Assembly (NCBI RefSeq): GCF_006345805.1 | Contig: NW_021832862.1 | Coordinates: forward strand, 1 to 43,795 | Reading direction: 5' to 3' | Length of the DNA stretch: 43,795 bases | Source: Octopus sinensis | Lineage: Eukaryota | Shown: in pieces, positions 23,431-34,450 of the stretch | Numbering within the stretch: position 1 is the first letter of the stretch | Layout of the letters: the number at the start of each line of letters is the position of its first letter | Notes under the pieces: model-generated | What the model was told of the DNA's origin: nothing | The model's database searches: none | The model's input: only the letters and a program-made list of their open reading frames with translations | Made by a program: the position numbers and the translations under genes

Positions 23431-24471
23431 TACTTTTAATTATGAGCATGTTCAATTGGGGCTGACTAGGTAAAAGAACAATAACCATAACAACACAAAC
23501 TATATTTTGGATGTTCAATATGTGGTCTCCATAGACATCTCAACAATGATTGGTTATCACATACAAAATTACCTCATCCAAATGTTGACAAAATTTTTTA
23601 AACCTAATAATAACTAATCTGTTGATATATAAGAGAAGTATTATAACAAAGACTGGTGACTGTGTTAGTAGTTTCTACTATAGGCAATGTAGGATGTCAT
23701 TTTTGTGAAAATAGAAAAAGGTAAGTGGTTAGGATTTTTGAATTCAGTATCAGACAGGAGATAATTAATTAAAAGTAACAACCAATATTACATATCTCAT
23801 TTCATATAAAGAGAACACCTCATATATGAAGAGAAGTATCTCTTTTTTATAAGGCTAGAATGTAATATTTTTTGTAAAAAAACAGTTTGGGCCCACTGTG
23901 CAGCACCTGTAGCCACAGGTTAACCAAAACCTTGTTCTGGAACTTGTTAGATATAATCTGTGTAGAAACATGTCATGTAAGTAGCTGTGTGTGTGTGTGT
24001 GTATGTGTGTGTGTGTGTGTGCATGTGTGTGTCATTATGTCTGTTTATTTTTGTGTAATACTGGTGTAAACAGCTAACTTAGCTATTTGATAAATTGTGA
24101 TTGATAGATCAACGAAGACTTTTGAAAGTAATATTCCAGCATGGTCACAGTCCAATAACTAAAAACAATAAAAGAATAAAATGTCCACTAATGAAGGAAC
24201 TAATAATGGTATCAGAGTAATTGTTTTCTGTGAATCAAAACAAGTACGATTTTACTATATAGTTATCTAATAAGAATTGTTTGCCAAATCAGCTAGTTTT
24301 ATATCATTTTGTATAAAGTCAGCAAATATCAAAAAAAATTGATGCATTAAAGCTTTTTGAAATAAAATAAGTTTGAAGAATAAGACAATGAATTTGAAAT
24401 GTTTTCTTTTTATATTACTGATGTAATTTGCTTTATTTTGAATATAAAATCATAATGATTGGTTAACTTAC

Positions 24472-25536
24472 CTTTGTTAGTTCTCCAACAATAAGAGCTT
24501 GTTGAATCCCAGAATAAAATACTACACCAGTTGTGAGAAGCCACCTTTTTTCAACCCAAACATGAAAAATTTCATGCAACTGATGTTTAAATTCTAGATT
24601 TCTTTTTTGAACCAAAATATCTGGTTTATGGAGAAAAACTGAGACCATAACCAGTGCAGCAATTGTAAAAGATAAAAACACAATTTTTACTGTATGAAAT
24701 TCACCAGCATATGTATTAACTATACTTAATGGCTCTTTTGGGCAGTAATCAACATTCATAGCAGCAAATGGATGGTCATGAGCAAATGGTGAATGAAAAT
24801 GTTGAACTGACAATGGCTCAGATGGAATATAAGAAATGTCTCGTACAGCACGATTTGATGAACCAATAATTGCAGCTTCATCAGATGAAAATGTTAAAGT
24901 TGAGTTGATTCTTTCAGTGAAATGAGCTTTATTTAAAGTATGATGCTGAAAGAAGATAAAGGAAACCAAAGAATTACCCATTATTTGTGCCAACTGAACA
25001 CTTAGTATAAGTGCCATATGGAAACGTTTTAAAACATCGCTGACATTTATTCCTGATAAAGCTGCAAAGTTGGCAGCATAACTGGTACATAGAAGTTCTT
25101 GTGATCGCCAAAGAACAGCTTGACAAAGACCAAGAATGCAAGAAGCTGGAATTAAGGTTTCAAATGATGGGTAAAGATGTGATCCTGCAAAAATAGAATG
25201 TCCAATAATGGCAAGAACAATTGCTCCTTTTGGATGAATGTAATGAGCAATTGCAGATAATGCATAACATCCTATGACATAACTTGCATAAATACAACAA
25301 AGAGAAAAGTAGCCAAGTCCATTTTCAGGGTACATGGTTGATAACAAGTTGCGGAGTGGTATAAAAGTGCTTATAATAAGCAATAAGCTCAAACAAAGTG
25401 ATGCAAGATTAATCCACATTGTACTACGATGTCGTCGCATGCGTTCAGCAATCCATTTTTTGTGCTCAATAACTACGCCTTCTACATCAATGGGGTCATA
25501 TTTGTCAAATTCTTCACGAAATTTTGCTGAAGTCAT
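24472..25536 (-). CDS. UNC93: UNC-93-like membrane protein (MFS fold), large coding exon of 355 codons
   Basis: Long stop-free non-repetitive ORF with seven hydrophobic segments. UNC-93 family pattern LRNLLS..Y...GLGY.SL..IY...HPKG...LYP...LIPAS.ILGL..A.LW..Q. In-frame TGA 21 nt upstream of the ATG. Phase-0 donor AAG|GTAAGT at 24471. Confidence 0.92.
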
Positions 25537-27214
25537 TTTTGTGCTGGATATTATTCAAAATATTAGAAAGAAAGAGTTTTGATGTTTTCTTAAATGAAAT
25601 TTAATTCATTGTGGTGGAGACAGTAGCAGCAAGTTGAACGTCACCAATGCATTTTCCCTAGAAATAAAACAAAATATTGATCAGTGAATCAAATAAAATT
25701 ATATCACTAATGTATTTTACATTGTTTTCTATATATAATGCTGCATCCTATTTTTTTAATCAATTTCGAAAAACACATTACAAAAGTTTCTTGTCAACAA
25801 TTTATGTTTATAATCAGCAGGTAATAATAATTTATTCATATCATAACATTTTGCTATCATTTATATCATAACACACAACTACGAAATAATTTTTTTTATT
25901 AAACTATTTATCAATTAGAATTAATCTCCCCCCCCCCTCTACTTTTCGTTGCAATTTGCAAGTTGGTATAGCACTGAGGGTTAGAAAAGCACTTGACATT
26001 TGAAGCAATCTAAATTTGGTATCTAGACTGTTTTAGTTTGCAAAATATACATCTAAAGAATATATTTGTTTTCCATATTACAGCAAACAATCAGAGTTTA
26101 TGAAAATTTAACATGTTATAGTAACAAATTACAAAAATACATGCATAAATTTCAAATCATCCTGTGTACTCCAGCTGTTATATAATCTATAAAATGAAGA
26201 AGGCGAACATTGATACAAATTGGATTTTTATGTAAAAAGGGGTCTAAATGGGGTTGGAAGGGGATTAAAATTTACAGGAGGGGGTAACTTGAGGTGAGAA
26301 ATTGATTAGGAGACGTTTTGGGGTGCTACAGTGGTTGCTTTGGTGTGAAAACGGGGATTTTATTGATTTTGGGGGACACTTGGGGGTCTAGATTGGACAC
26401 CTTTTGCCCGATTTCAATCAAATTTTCAACATGGTAAAGTGGAAGCGGATTTGAAATTTAAGCACAGAAAATGGGTTCGAAATTTTGAAAATTAAGGCAA
26501 GATTTTTGAAGTTGAAAAACATTTTTATGTATTTTTGCCTTTTATTTTTTATTGTTTACAATTTTCATTTTTTCTGAAAGAAATTTACAGCTGCATGTAG
26601 CCTGTGTTTAGAGCTTTCATTTGCATGGTCAATCGTTGAAAAATTCCCAAAATAAGTACTAAATTTAACAAAGAAATCCGTTTTTTCCTTATTTTTAATT
26701 GCTCAAATAGTGGCACATACAAAAGGCAAGTGTGCTTTTCATTGTCGCTGCCTGATATTTATGACTGCTCTTTCAAAATATTTTCTTTCTCAACTTACTC
26801 AAGATCTTTTGTTTTTTATAAATGGGAGAGAGATAGAGAAAGATAGGGGGTAAGAGAAAGCAAGGGAGAGTCCAAGAGAAAGGAAGAGTAAGAGAGTGGG
26901 AAAGTGAGAGAGAAAGGAGAGAGAAACAAAGAGGGAGAATGTGGTTATAAGAAACAGAAAGGAAGCAACAGAAAGTAACAACCACAACCTCACTCGCATG
27001 TAGAGCTAGTAACTGCATAAATTTAATGAGTATATACAAACAGTTTGACAGATAGATAGGTCTTGATGTAATATTTCCAACAAGAATCAAAATATACAAT
27101 CTGTGTAGCCGCCATCACTAAAATTTCATACGTTTACTAAATACTGCATTGTAACTCCTTAACTAGCTACAAATGCAGACTTGCAACTGCTGGAGTATAA
27201 CTGAATGAATTTAA

Positions 27215-27434
27215 CCCTTTAGCATTCACATTACTCTGTCAAATGTAATGTTTATCCATTCACATTGTTTCCAACCAATCATTTATGATCTTATAGTGTT
27301 GAAATTTTTATGATGTGGTTGTAAATGTTCAAAATGACATTGTAGGGTAAGTGTGAGAGGTAGGATCTGGCCAGTTTGAACATAAAACAGAGAGAATATT
27401 TGGGCTGGATATGGCCAGATTAAATGCTATGTGT
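27215..27434 (+). mobile_element. piggyBac-type MITE (copy 2)
   Basis: TTAA at 27211-27214 and 27435-27438. Begins CCCTTTAGCATTCA and ends GGATATGGCCAGATTAAATGCTATGTGT. Confidence 0.75.
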
Positions 27435-27731
27435 TTAACCAGTACATTAAATGGCATATACTTTATCAGCCCCAGAAGGATGAAAAGCAAAATTAATCCA
27501 GACAGGAAACAATGATCAATAAACAAAATATTTAAAGCTTTTATCAAGTACTCTGAAATTTCTTATAATACCACAATTATCTAAATGCTGTATACTATTA
27601 AGAAGATAATAAAGTCATTTGAAGGAAAGTTAGAAAAGTTCAAAATTCATTCAATATTTCTGTTTTAACAAAGCCTGATCTTAAAGTGAAAAATGTGAAA
27701 TAAAAATATAAACAACATTACACTTTTATGA

Positions 27732-28174
27732 CATCATCATCCTCTTAATGTTCACTTTTCCATGCTCACATGTGTCAGATGGAATTTGCTGAAGTGGATT
27801 TTCTACAGCTGGATATCCTTCCTGTCACCAACCCTCACCTGTTTCCAAGGAAGGTAATATTTTCTCACGACCAGACATGTTTTCATGGGAGATTGTAAAT
27901 GAAAGACACTGCTTGCATAATGGTGGTACTTATTTTACAGATATCATGCAAAGTCCAGGAAAGGAGGCAGTAACACACACACACACACACACACACATGC
28001 ACACACACACAAATACATATGATTGGCTTCTTTCAGTTTCTGTCAACCAAATTCACCCACAAGGCTTTGGTTAGCCTGAGGTTATAGCAGAAGATACTTG
28101 CTCAAGGTGCTGCACAGTGGGATTGAACCCAAAACCATGCAGTTGGGAAGGAAACTTCATACTACACAGCCACA
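27732..28174 (-). mobile_element. SINE with the common tRNA/CORE head but an RTE-type tail
   Basis: Head at 28021-28174, (TG)n spacer, then a tail with GGTTGGTGACAGGAAGGATATCCAGCTGTAGAAA...GCATGGAAAAGTGAACATTAAGAGGATGATGATG matching the RTE 3' UTR at 18507-18645. Confidence 0.8.
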
Positions 28175-28327
28175 TTAGGAAATTAGAAATTTCCATCCTT
28201 AGAAATTGACATCTTGGCAAAGATGTGTGAGCTGTAGTATCCAAATTAATACATTAAACTGTTGATAGTCAAAAAGTCATTCTTAATCAATAGTTGTAGA
28301 TAAACAGTACATATTACTTCTTTAATA

Positions 28328-29612
28328 CAGGGTGTGCTATAAAGAATCCCAGATTGATTTTTAGTTACAATTTTTAGTAAAGGGCATAAAAACACATTAG
28401 TTCTTTAGGATTTAATTAAATATGGTCATGTAACATATTAAGATACGTTTCATTCAATATGTACACCTTTAGCTTTCACAATTGCCCAAAGATGGCCAAG
28501 AACAGAGTCACATGAATGCTGGACAACTTCTTCACTTAAACCATCCCATAACATGATTAAAACTTTCTTCAGAGCAGTGATATTTTTGTTTGAAACTCTA
28601 GAATGGACCAAATAGTAAAGTCCATGGAGGTGATGTCTGGGCTGGAATTGTGGGGGCACACATTCTTGGCCCAGAACCCACTGAAATGCTTTCTGCACCA
28701 CTGCTGTGTTACACTGGATGTATGAGAAGGAGTACCATCTTACATGAACACATAATTATCTCCAAATATTTCAGCCACTCATGGCAAAACATTATCCTCC
28801 AGCAATTTCATGTAAACTGCTGAATTGACCTTTGTCCCCTCTTTAATGGACACCAGAGGAGATTTTCCACCATCAGATGATATTGCCACCCAAGCCACCA
28901 CTCTGGCAGGTATCATTTGGTGAAACACCTTACGGTGCCTTTGGGAACAGCATCCAATCACGTGGCCTAAATCCTGTCATTCTGGGTTTTCATTACAGCC
29001 TCCAGGGTAAATATCTTTTCATCTGACCAGACAAAGTCATTGTCATTGGCACTCTCAATCTCTTCTGCCATTTTCTTGCACTTGTCCAGTCACTTTGCTT
29101 TGGCAGCAACTGAAATTAGGTGTCGACATTGCAATTTTAATGATTTACAATTTAAGTTTTCATGTATGACCCATTGCATGGTTGTCTGGAAGATATCGAA
29201 ACTTTTAGCCATTTGCCTCATGCTCCACCATGGATTTCACAACACTCTCTTTTGAATGACATCCACCAACTGTTTCAGCCTTATGGATCGTTTTCGGCCA
29301 GGAATGGGTTTGCTACCAATTGAACCTGTCTCACTGTAGTGTTTCATGACATAGACGGTTTTGGGATCAACACCAACCCTTGAAGTCATGTCTTTGATGC
29401 TATATCCTGCTATTTTCAGAGCTACAATCTCACTTCACCTATCAGCTGCCATATTGAAATGCTTTACTTGCCGAATGTAAACAAACAAAGGAGTGTACAT
29501 GATCGACTGAATGTTGAGGAGCACATTTTTATTATTTTTGTGCAATTTAAAACTGAATTTAATAAAAAAAAAACTTATTTAAATAATCAGGAATCCTTAA
29601 GGGTGCACTGTG
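28328..29612 (-). mobile_element. Degenerate Tc1/mariner transposon (DD37D/maT-like), second family
   Basis: TA|CAGGGTGTG terminus. Transposase remnants VWSDEKIF, VVAWVAISSDG.KSPLV, VFM*DGTPSH, SSPDITSMDF, with 38 residues between the last two Asp as read. Right TIR is diverged. Confidence 0.85.
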
Positions 29613-29989
29613 TACATGTTACCAAAATTGCTATTGAAGGAGACAATAGAAAGAGTGACTTCTATATCTTCCAGCTCTCAAACAACTGGGTGATACTTAA
29701 AACTTGTTACCTTTTCTACATTCACTACAGTACACTACATAAGCATTTGTTGGTATTTCTATTTAAGCAGTTTGTTCCTATGTATGTTCTGTCAAGATAA
29801 GATGCTCATTTTGGGAACAGTTTAGTTTCTTAGAATAGCTTACAGCAGGGGTTTCTAATCACTGGTCTATGGACAAATATTAGGCTGTGGATCGTTTCAT
29901 AACAGGCTATACAGAAAGAAAAGAATTTCAATTGATTACTATTTTATTGACTATCACAGTCTGCAGGGTGTGTTTGCATTACAGATGTA

Positions 29990-30215
29990 TTTTATCTTTT
30001 ACTTGTTTCACTCATTAGGCTGCGGCTATGCTGGGGCACCATCTTGAAGAATTTTAGTCAAAAATTAAATTCAATACATTTTTTTAAAGCCTGATACTTA
30101 TTCTATCAGTCTCTTTTGCCAAACCACTAAGTTACAAGGACATAAACAAACTAACACTGATTGTCAAGCAGTGGTGGGGAGCAAACACAAACACAAAGAC
30201 ATGCACTTACACACA
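29990..30215 (-). mobile_element. SINE tail module (CR1-type end) directly downstream of a 5S rRNA copy
   Basis: Minus strand (TG)n GTTTGCTCCCC..CTGCTTGACAATCAG...GATAGAATAAGTA...GGTGCCCCAGCATAGCCGCAGCCTAATGAGTGAAACAAGTAAAAG. Confidence 0.8.
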
Positions 30216-30222
30216 CAATGTG

Positions 30223-30337
30223 AAATGCTTACAACACTTAGGGGTCCTTATAGATCTAAGTACTAACTAGGCTTGATAATGCTTAACTTCGGTGATCAGA
30301 CAATAACTAGTGCATTCAAGGTGATATGCCCATACAA
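30223..30337 (-). pseudogene. 5S rRNA-derived sequence (pseudogene or SINE3 head)
   Basis: Minus strand GTATGGCATATCACCTTGAATGCAC...TTGTCTGATCACCGAAGTTAAGCA...GCCTAGTTAGTACTTAGAT...GTGTTGTAAGCATTT is colinear with eukaryotic 5S rRNA. CpG-type decay and a damaged C-box region. Confidence 0.88.
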
Positions 30338-30655
30338 CGCACAAATATGTATGTATAATTATATTATAACTATATTACATATATATTATACACATATACT
30401 TAATATATTCTTTTTTGGCTTTTTTACATACCTATTTTCTATATTGCAACAGTATAAATGATAGGGTACAAGATCTTATAAAAAGCAAATTTTGTTACAC
30501 TCTCACACCGTTTACTTTCTAGCACAACTTATAAAACATAATGCTACCCACAAACACACATGCATGCATATATGTATGCATGTGTGTATGTATGCATGTG
30601 TGTGCATGTTATATGTATGTATGAATGTATGTATGCATACATGTATATACATCTG

Positions 30656-30976
30656 AAGGCACATGGCTTAGTGGTTAGGGCATTCAGCTCATTATCGTAG
30701 GGTCACAAGTTTAATTCCCAGTGGCGTGTTGTGTCCTTGAGCAACACACTTTATTTCACACTGCTCTAGTCCACTCAGTTGGCAAAAATGAGTAATACCT
30801 GTATTTCAAGATGCTGGCCTTGACACACTTTTTGTCATGCTGAATCTCCCTGAGAAGTATGTGAAGGGGTACATGTGTCTGTGGAATGCTCAGCCACATG
30901 TTAATCACACAAGCAAGCTGTTCTGTTGATTGGATCAACTGGAACACTCATCATTGTAAGCAACAGAGCGCCAGTT
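30656..30976 (+). mobile_element. tRNA-derived SINE (family of 1821-2089), decayed
   Basis: GGCACATGGCTTAGTGGTTAG...GTGTCCTTGAGCAACACACTT...CTGTGGAATGCTCAGCCAC...GGATCAACTGGAAC. Confidence 0.85.
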
Positions 30977-31250
30977 ATGTATATACATATATACACACAT
31001 ATATAAATGTATGTATATGAGAAATTATGTTAAATACAAGTTTATATCATTTGTCTCCAAACATACATCTCACCATTGTGGTTATTTGCAACCTAAGCAT
31101 TGGATGATCCAAGTGCCTCATTTGGTATTTGATTCTCCAAAACATAATGCAAGAAAATGTTACCCTGGTGATCTGTTGTGGTTTAGCATTCAACTGTACT
31201 TGGAAGAGCCAATGCAGAGGTTGCAAATGACCAAAATGGTGAAATGTATG

Positions 31251-31674
31251 TTTACTCTTTACTCTCTTTTACTCTTTTACTTGTTTCAGTCATTTGACTG
31301 CGGCCATGCTGGAGCACCGCCTTTAGTCGAGCAAATCGACCCCGGGACTTATTCTTTGTAAGCCCAGTACTTATTCTATCAGTCTCTTTTGCCGAACCGC
31401 TAAGTGACGGGGACGTAAACACACCAGCATCGGTTGTCAAGCAATGCTAGGGGGACAAACACAGACACACAAACATATACACACACACTTATATATATAT
31501 ATACATATGTACGACAGGCTTCTTTCAGTTTCCGTCTACCAAATCCACTCACAAGGCATTGGTCGGCCCGGGCCTATAGCAGCAGACACTTGCCCAAGAT
31601 GCCACGCAGTGGGACTGAACCCGGAACCATGTGGTTGGTTAGCAAGCTACTTACCACAAAGCCACTCCTGCGCC
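31251..31674 (-). mobile_element. Young full-length tRNA/CORE-type SINE
   Basis: Reverse complement of the 3391-type consensus with CpGs intact. Confidence 0.93.
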
Positions 31675-31848
31675 TAATTTGCAGATAACTATTATAAATT
31701 TGTGTTATTATAATTTCTCCCACATTTGCTCAGTATATCATAACCAGTAATAATACTAAGTATCACTCTGGAAGCAGACTGAATGATGATACTCTAGATG
31801 GAACTCCAAATTTGCCAGCAGTAGTCATACAGTTAACTGGACAGAACA

Positions 31849-32578
31849 GGCTGGGAAAAGTTGCTACGATAAGAAAGGGGTGGGCAAAGTTGCTAGAATA
31901 AAAATGGGCTGAGCAAAGTTCTACCTTTATTGGTAACAAAGGTCCTCTCCCTCAGAGTGGAATGCAGGTTGTATGGTGCTTTAGTGCAAACTACATGGTG
32001 CTTTAGTGCTATACTACATAGCAATGAAACATTGACTGTGACCACAGATGACATGCAAAGGCTTGAAAGAAATGAAGCTAGAATGCTCTACTTGATGTGT
32101 AATGTTAGTTTGCATATATGACAGAGTGTAAGTGTCTTAAGAGAAAAATTAGGTATAAGAAGCATCAGATCTAGCATGCAAGAAAGACGATTAAGCTGGT
32201 ATGGTCATGTGATGCATATGGACAAGGACAGCTGCATCAAGAAGTGCCAATCTCTACTTGTGGAGGTGACCTATGGAAGAGGTAGAGTCAGGAAGACAAG
32301 GGATGAGGTGATGAAATGTGGTCTTCGGATGTTGAATCTCACATAGATAATGACTAGCAACCAAGACTTCTGGTGATTTGCTGTGCTTGAGAAGACATGT
32401 CAAACTAAGTGAAAATGTGGTTGTGGCAAGCACTGGCGACACATAAAAGATACCTTGTATACTCTGGTTGACGTTGAGAAGGCAACCAGCCATAGAAACC
32501 ATACCAAAACAGATACCTGGAGCAGCTTACCAGCTCTGGTTAAACCATCCAACCCATGCCAGCATGGAAAACAGACAC
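31849..32578 (+). mobile_element. RTE-clade LINE 3' fragment
   Basis: LSLRV..RLY...LHSNET...QRLERNEARML...LREKLGIRSI...RRLSWYGHVMHMD...GRGR.RKT.DEV, then tail AAACCATCCAACCCATGCCAGCATGGAAAACAGAC. Confidence 0.88.
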
Positions 32579-33020
32579 ACACACACACACACATATATAT
32601 TTATATATACATATATGAATATTACGTGTGTGTGTGTGTGTGCATATATATGTATGTATATATGTAAAATCTTCAGTCAAAGCTGTATCTTTATGCTACT
32701 CTAAGTTTTCTGTTGCTACTTTAATCAATATACACACACACACATACACACACAAACACACACATTAAAGGGTGAGAAAAGAATAAGCTGTAGTAGTTAT
32801 ATTTTGAGCTTACTTCAGATTGCTACAGGTAAATGTATAATGACTCCCATTCTACTACTACAACTACTACTAAAAGATGAGGAATTATGTACATTATTTA
32901 CATTATTTACATTAGACAGATATTTGTCCTCATCTTGTTTGTTGTTAACGATATACCCTCCAGCCTTCATCAGGTATCTCATTCCTAAAGCATTTTTCTA
33001 TGTTATTATTATTATTATTA

Positions 33021-33089
33021 TTCAAGTCACTGCCTGGAATTGAACTCGGAATCAATAGCGCGCGCTCTTAACCACTACACCATATGCCC
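33021..33089 (-). promoter_or_regulatory. tRNA-like internal Pol III promoter cassette
   Basis: A box TGGTGTAGTGG (33082-33072), B box GAGTTCAATTCC (33047-33036), followed by (AAT)n. No complete cloverleaf. Confidence 0.7.
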
Positions 33090-33118
33090 GTGGGCAATTA
33101 TGGAGTGAATTTTAGGGC

Positions 33119-33449
33119 TTATAAATCTAATATTTTCCTATCCTTCCTTAATACCAGTTCCCATATGCTATTTATATCTGCACTCAGTCTGCTTAGGAGG
33201 TTCTTGTGTCCTAGCATATGTGCTACTTCTTTTAGTTTTCACATTTTCCACTGGTGTTTTCTGTCTATTATTTTAACTTCATCCCACAGGGTGAGGTGGT
33301 CTCCATTTTTCCATACAACATCAGCTATACCTGATTTATCAATATCTCCTCATGTCACAGCTTTGCAATGTTCCTCTACCCTTATTTTGAGGGGGCAGCA
33401 TGCTTCGCCTTTGTATAACCTACCACAGCTGCATAGGATGGAATATACA
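33119..33449 (-). pseudogene. Penelope-type GIY-YIG endonuclease remnant
   Basis: VYSILCSCGRLYKGEACCPLKIRVEEHCKAVT*GDIDKSGIADVVW...WDEVKIID...*KLKEVAHM...; matches the VYxIxCxCGxxYIGET..L..R..EH pattern. Two in-frame TGA. Confidence 0.85.
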
Positions 33450-33531
33450 AAGAAATGATCAAGCTCAGTAACAATGTGTTAACATCGAAAAATATCTTAA
33501 GAATGAGAACCCAGGTTTAAAATTTCCCCAA

Positions 33532-33577
33532 GACAACTGATGAAGGCTGGAGGGTATATCAGCTGAAACATTGTGTT
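33532..33577 (+). ncRNA. Hammerhead-like motif, partly decayed
   Basis: GACAA CTGATGA A GGCTG-GAGGGTATAT-CAGCT GAA ACAT T GTGTT: canonical core and 5-bp stem II. Stem III ACAT is probably a CpG-decayed ACGT, and stem I has one mismatch. Confidence 0.7.
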
Positions 33578-34409
33578 AACAACAAACAAGATGAGAACAA
33601 ATATCTATCAAATGTAAATAATGTAACTACTACTTTATTAGTCTATTTCTTTGTTTTATGATGTGCCACAGCAGCAATTTTTCTGTTTATATAGATATGG
33701 AAAAAATGAAAAGATCATGACACAACCTCATAATAATGTGAGTGACTGTGTGTATATGGGGTAGGGGAAGTGAAAACGAGAGAGTAAGTGTGATGCTAAT
33801 GCACAGTAATTCAAGAGGAAGATAGAAAATACAAATTAAATGTACAAACCATAATGCTTATTCCATGGCTAGACATCATGATATAGAAGGATGAACCAAG
33901 GTTTGAAAAAAATCAATCAATGGAAAAAGAATTGAGATAGAAGAAAGCTAACTATAACTTCATAGAAAATTGCTAGATAAATTAAAAAGAAACTGATGAG
34001 TAGTCATATATTGACAGGATTAAAGCTATCATGTAATATCTATTTATTCTGGATGAAATAATTATGGGAAGAATAATAATCTTCAGTTAGCAAATCGCAG
34101 AATGTTGGAATTGAACTGGAAGATAATCTATATGTTCAAACATACAGAAAGTAGTAGAACACACAGATAAAAAATAATAAATAAAGAAAATGGAAGATGT
34201 GTCTTCTCTAAATATCAGTTTCTATTCACTTTCACTAGCAACAAGACCATTATCCATAGGAAATTGGTACATTGTTGATTGAATTAACCATAGAGTATTA
34301 TATGTATTTGTTTCATCGATCTTGTGGGAGATGAAGGGTAAAGTCAGTGATAGAACATTATGCATTCAGAATGTAAAAAGGAAAAACAAAATATTTTACA
34401 ACAATTAGT

Positions 34410-34450
34410 CAAATTACTACTTTCAGAAAAAATGCTCTTCATCAGACCTG
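34410..34450 (-). ncRNA. Hammerhead-like motif, solo
   Basis: CAGGT CTGATGA AGAG-CATTTT-TTCT GAA AGTAGT A ATTTG: stem I with two G-U pairs, canonical core, stem III one change from palindrome ACTAGT, GUA site. Confidence 0.55.

Larger units (their letters stand above)
32886..33626 (-). mobile_element. 5'-truncated Penelope-like element: GIY-YIG 3' end, tRNA-like cassette, pLTR, plus an inverted pLTR copy
   Basis: 32886-33003 and 33481-33626 are inverted copies, both with hammerhead-type sequence. Between them lie a minus-strand GIY-YIG fragment and a tRNA-like A/B box unit. Confidence 0.85.

Noticed and set aside
25334-25582. Plus-strand 82-aa ORF overlapping the UNC-93-like exon
   Set aside because: Antisense shadow of the real coding frame.
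26200-26700. G/T-skewed segment with CCGATTTCAATCAAATTTT motif, possibly a non-autonomous DNA transposon
   Set aside because: Could not identify TIRs or a TSD, so it was not called as a feature.
26793-26940. Strong minus-strand donor GA|GTAAGT after a TC-rich tract as a 5' UTR exon of the UNC-93-like gene
   Set aside because: Such hexamers occur by chance in AT-rich DNA, and there is no acceptor or TSS evidence.
33119-33449. In-frame TGA codons in GIY-YIG as possible selenocysteine recoding (known for some PLE clades)
   Set aside because: Both fall where Arg (CGA) fits the motif and the region shows CpG decay, so CGA to TGA is the simpler explanation. No SECIS seen.
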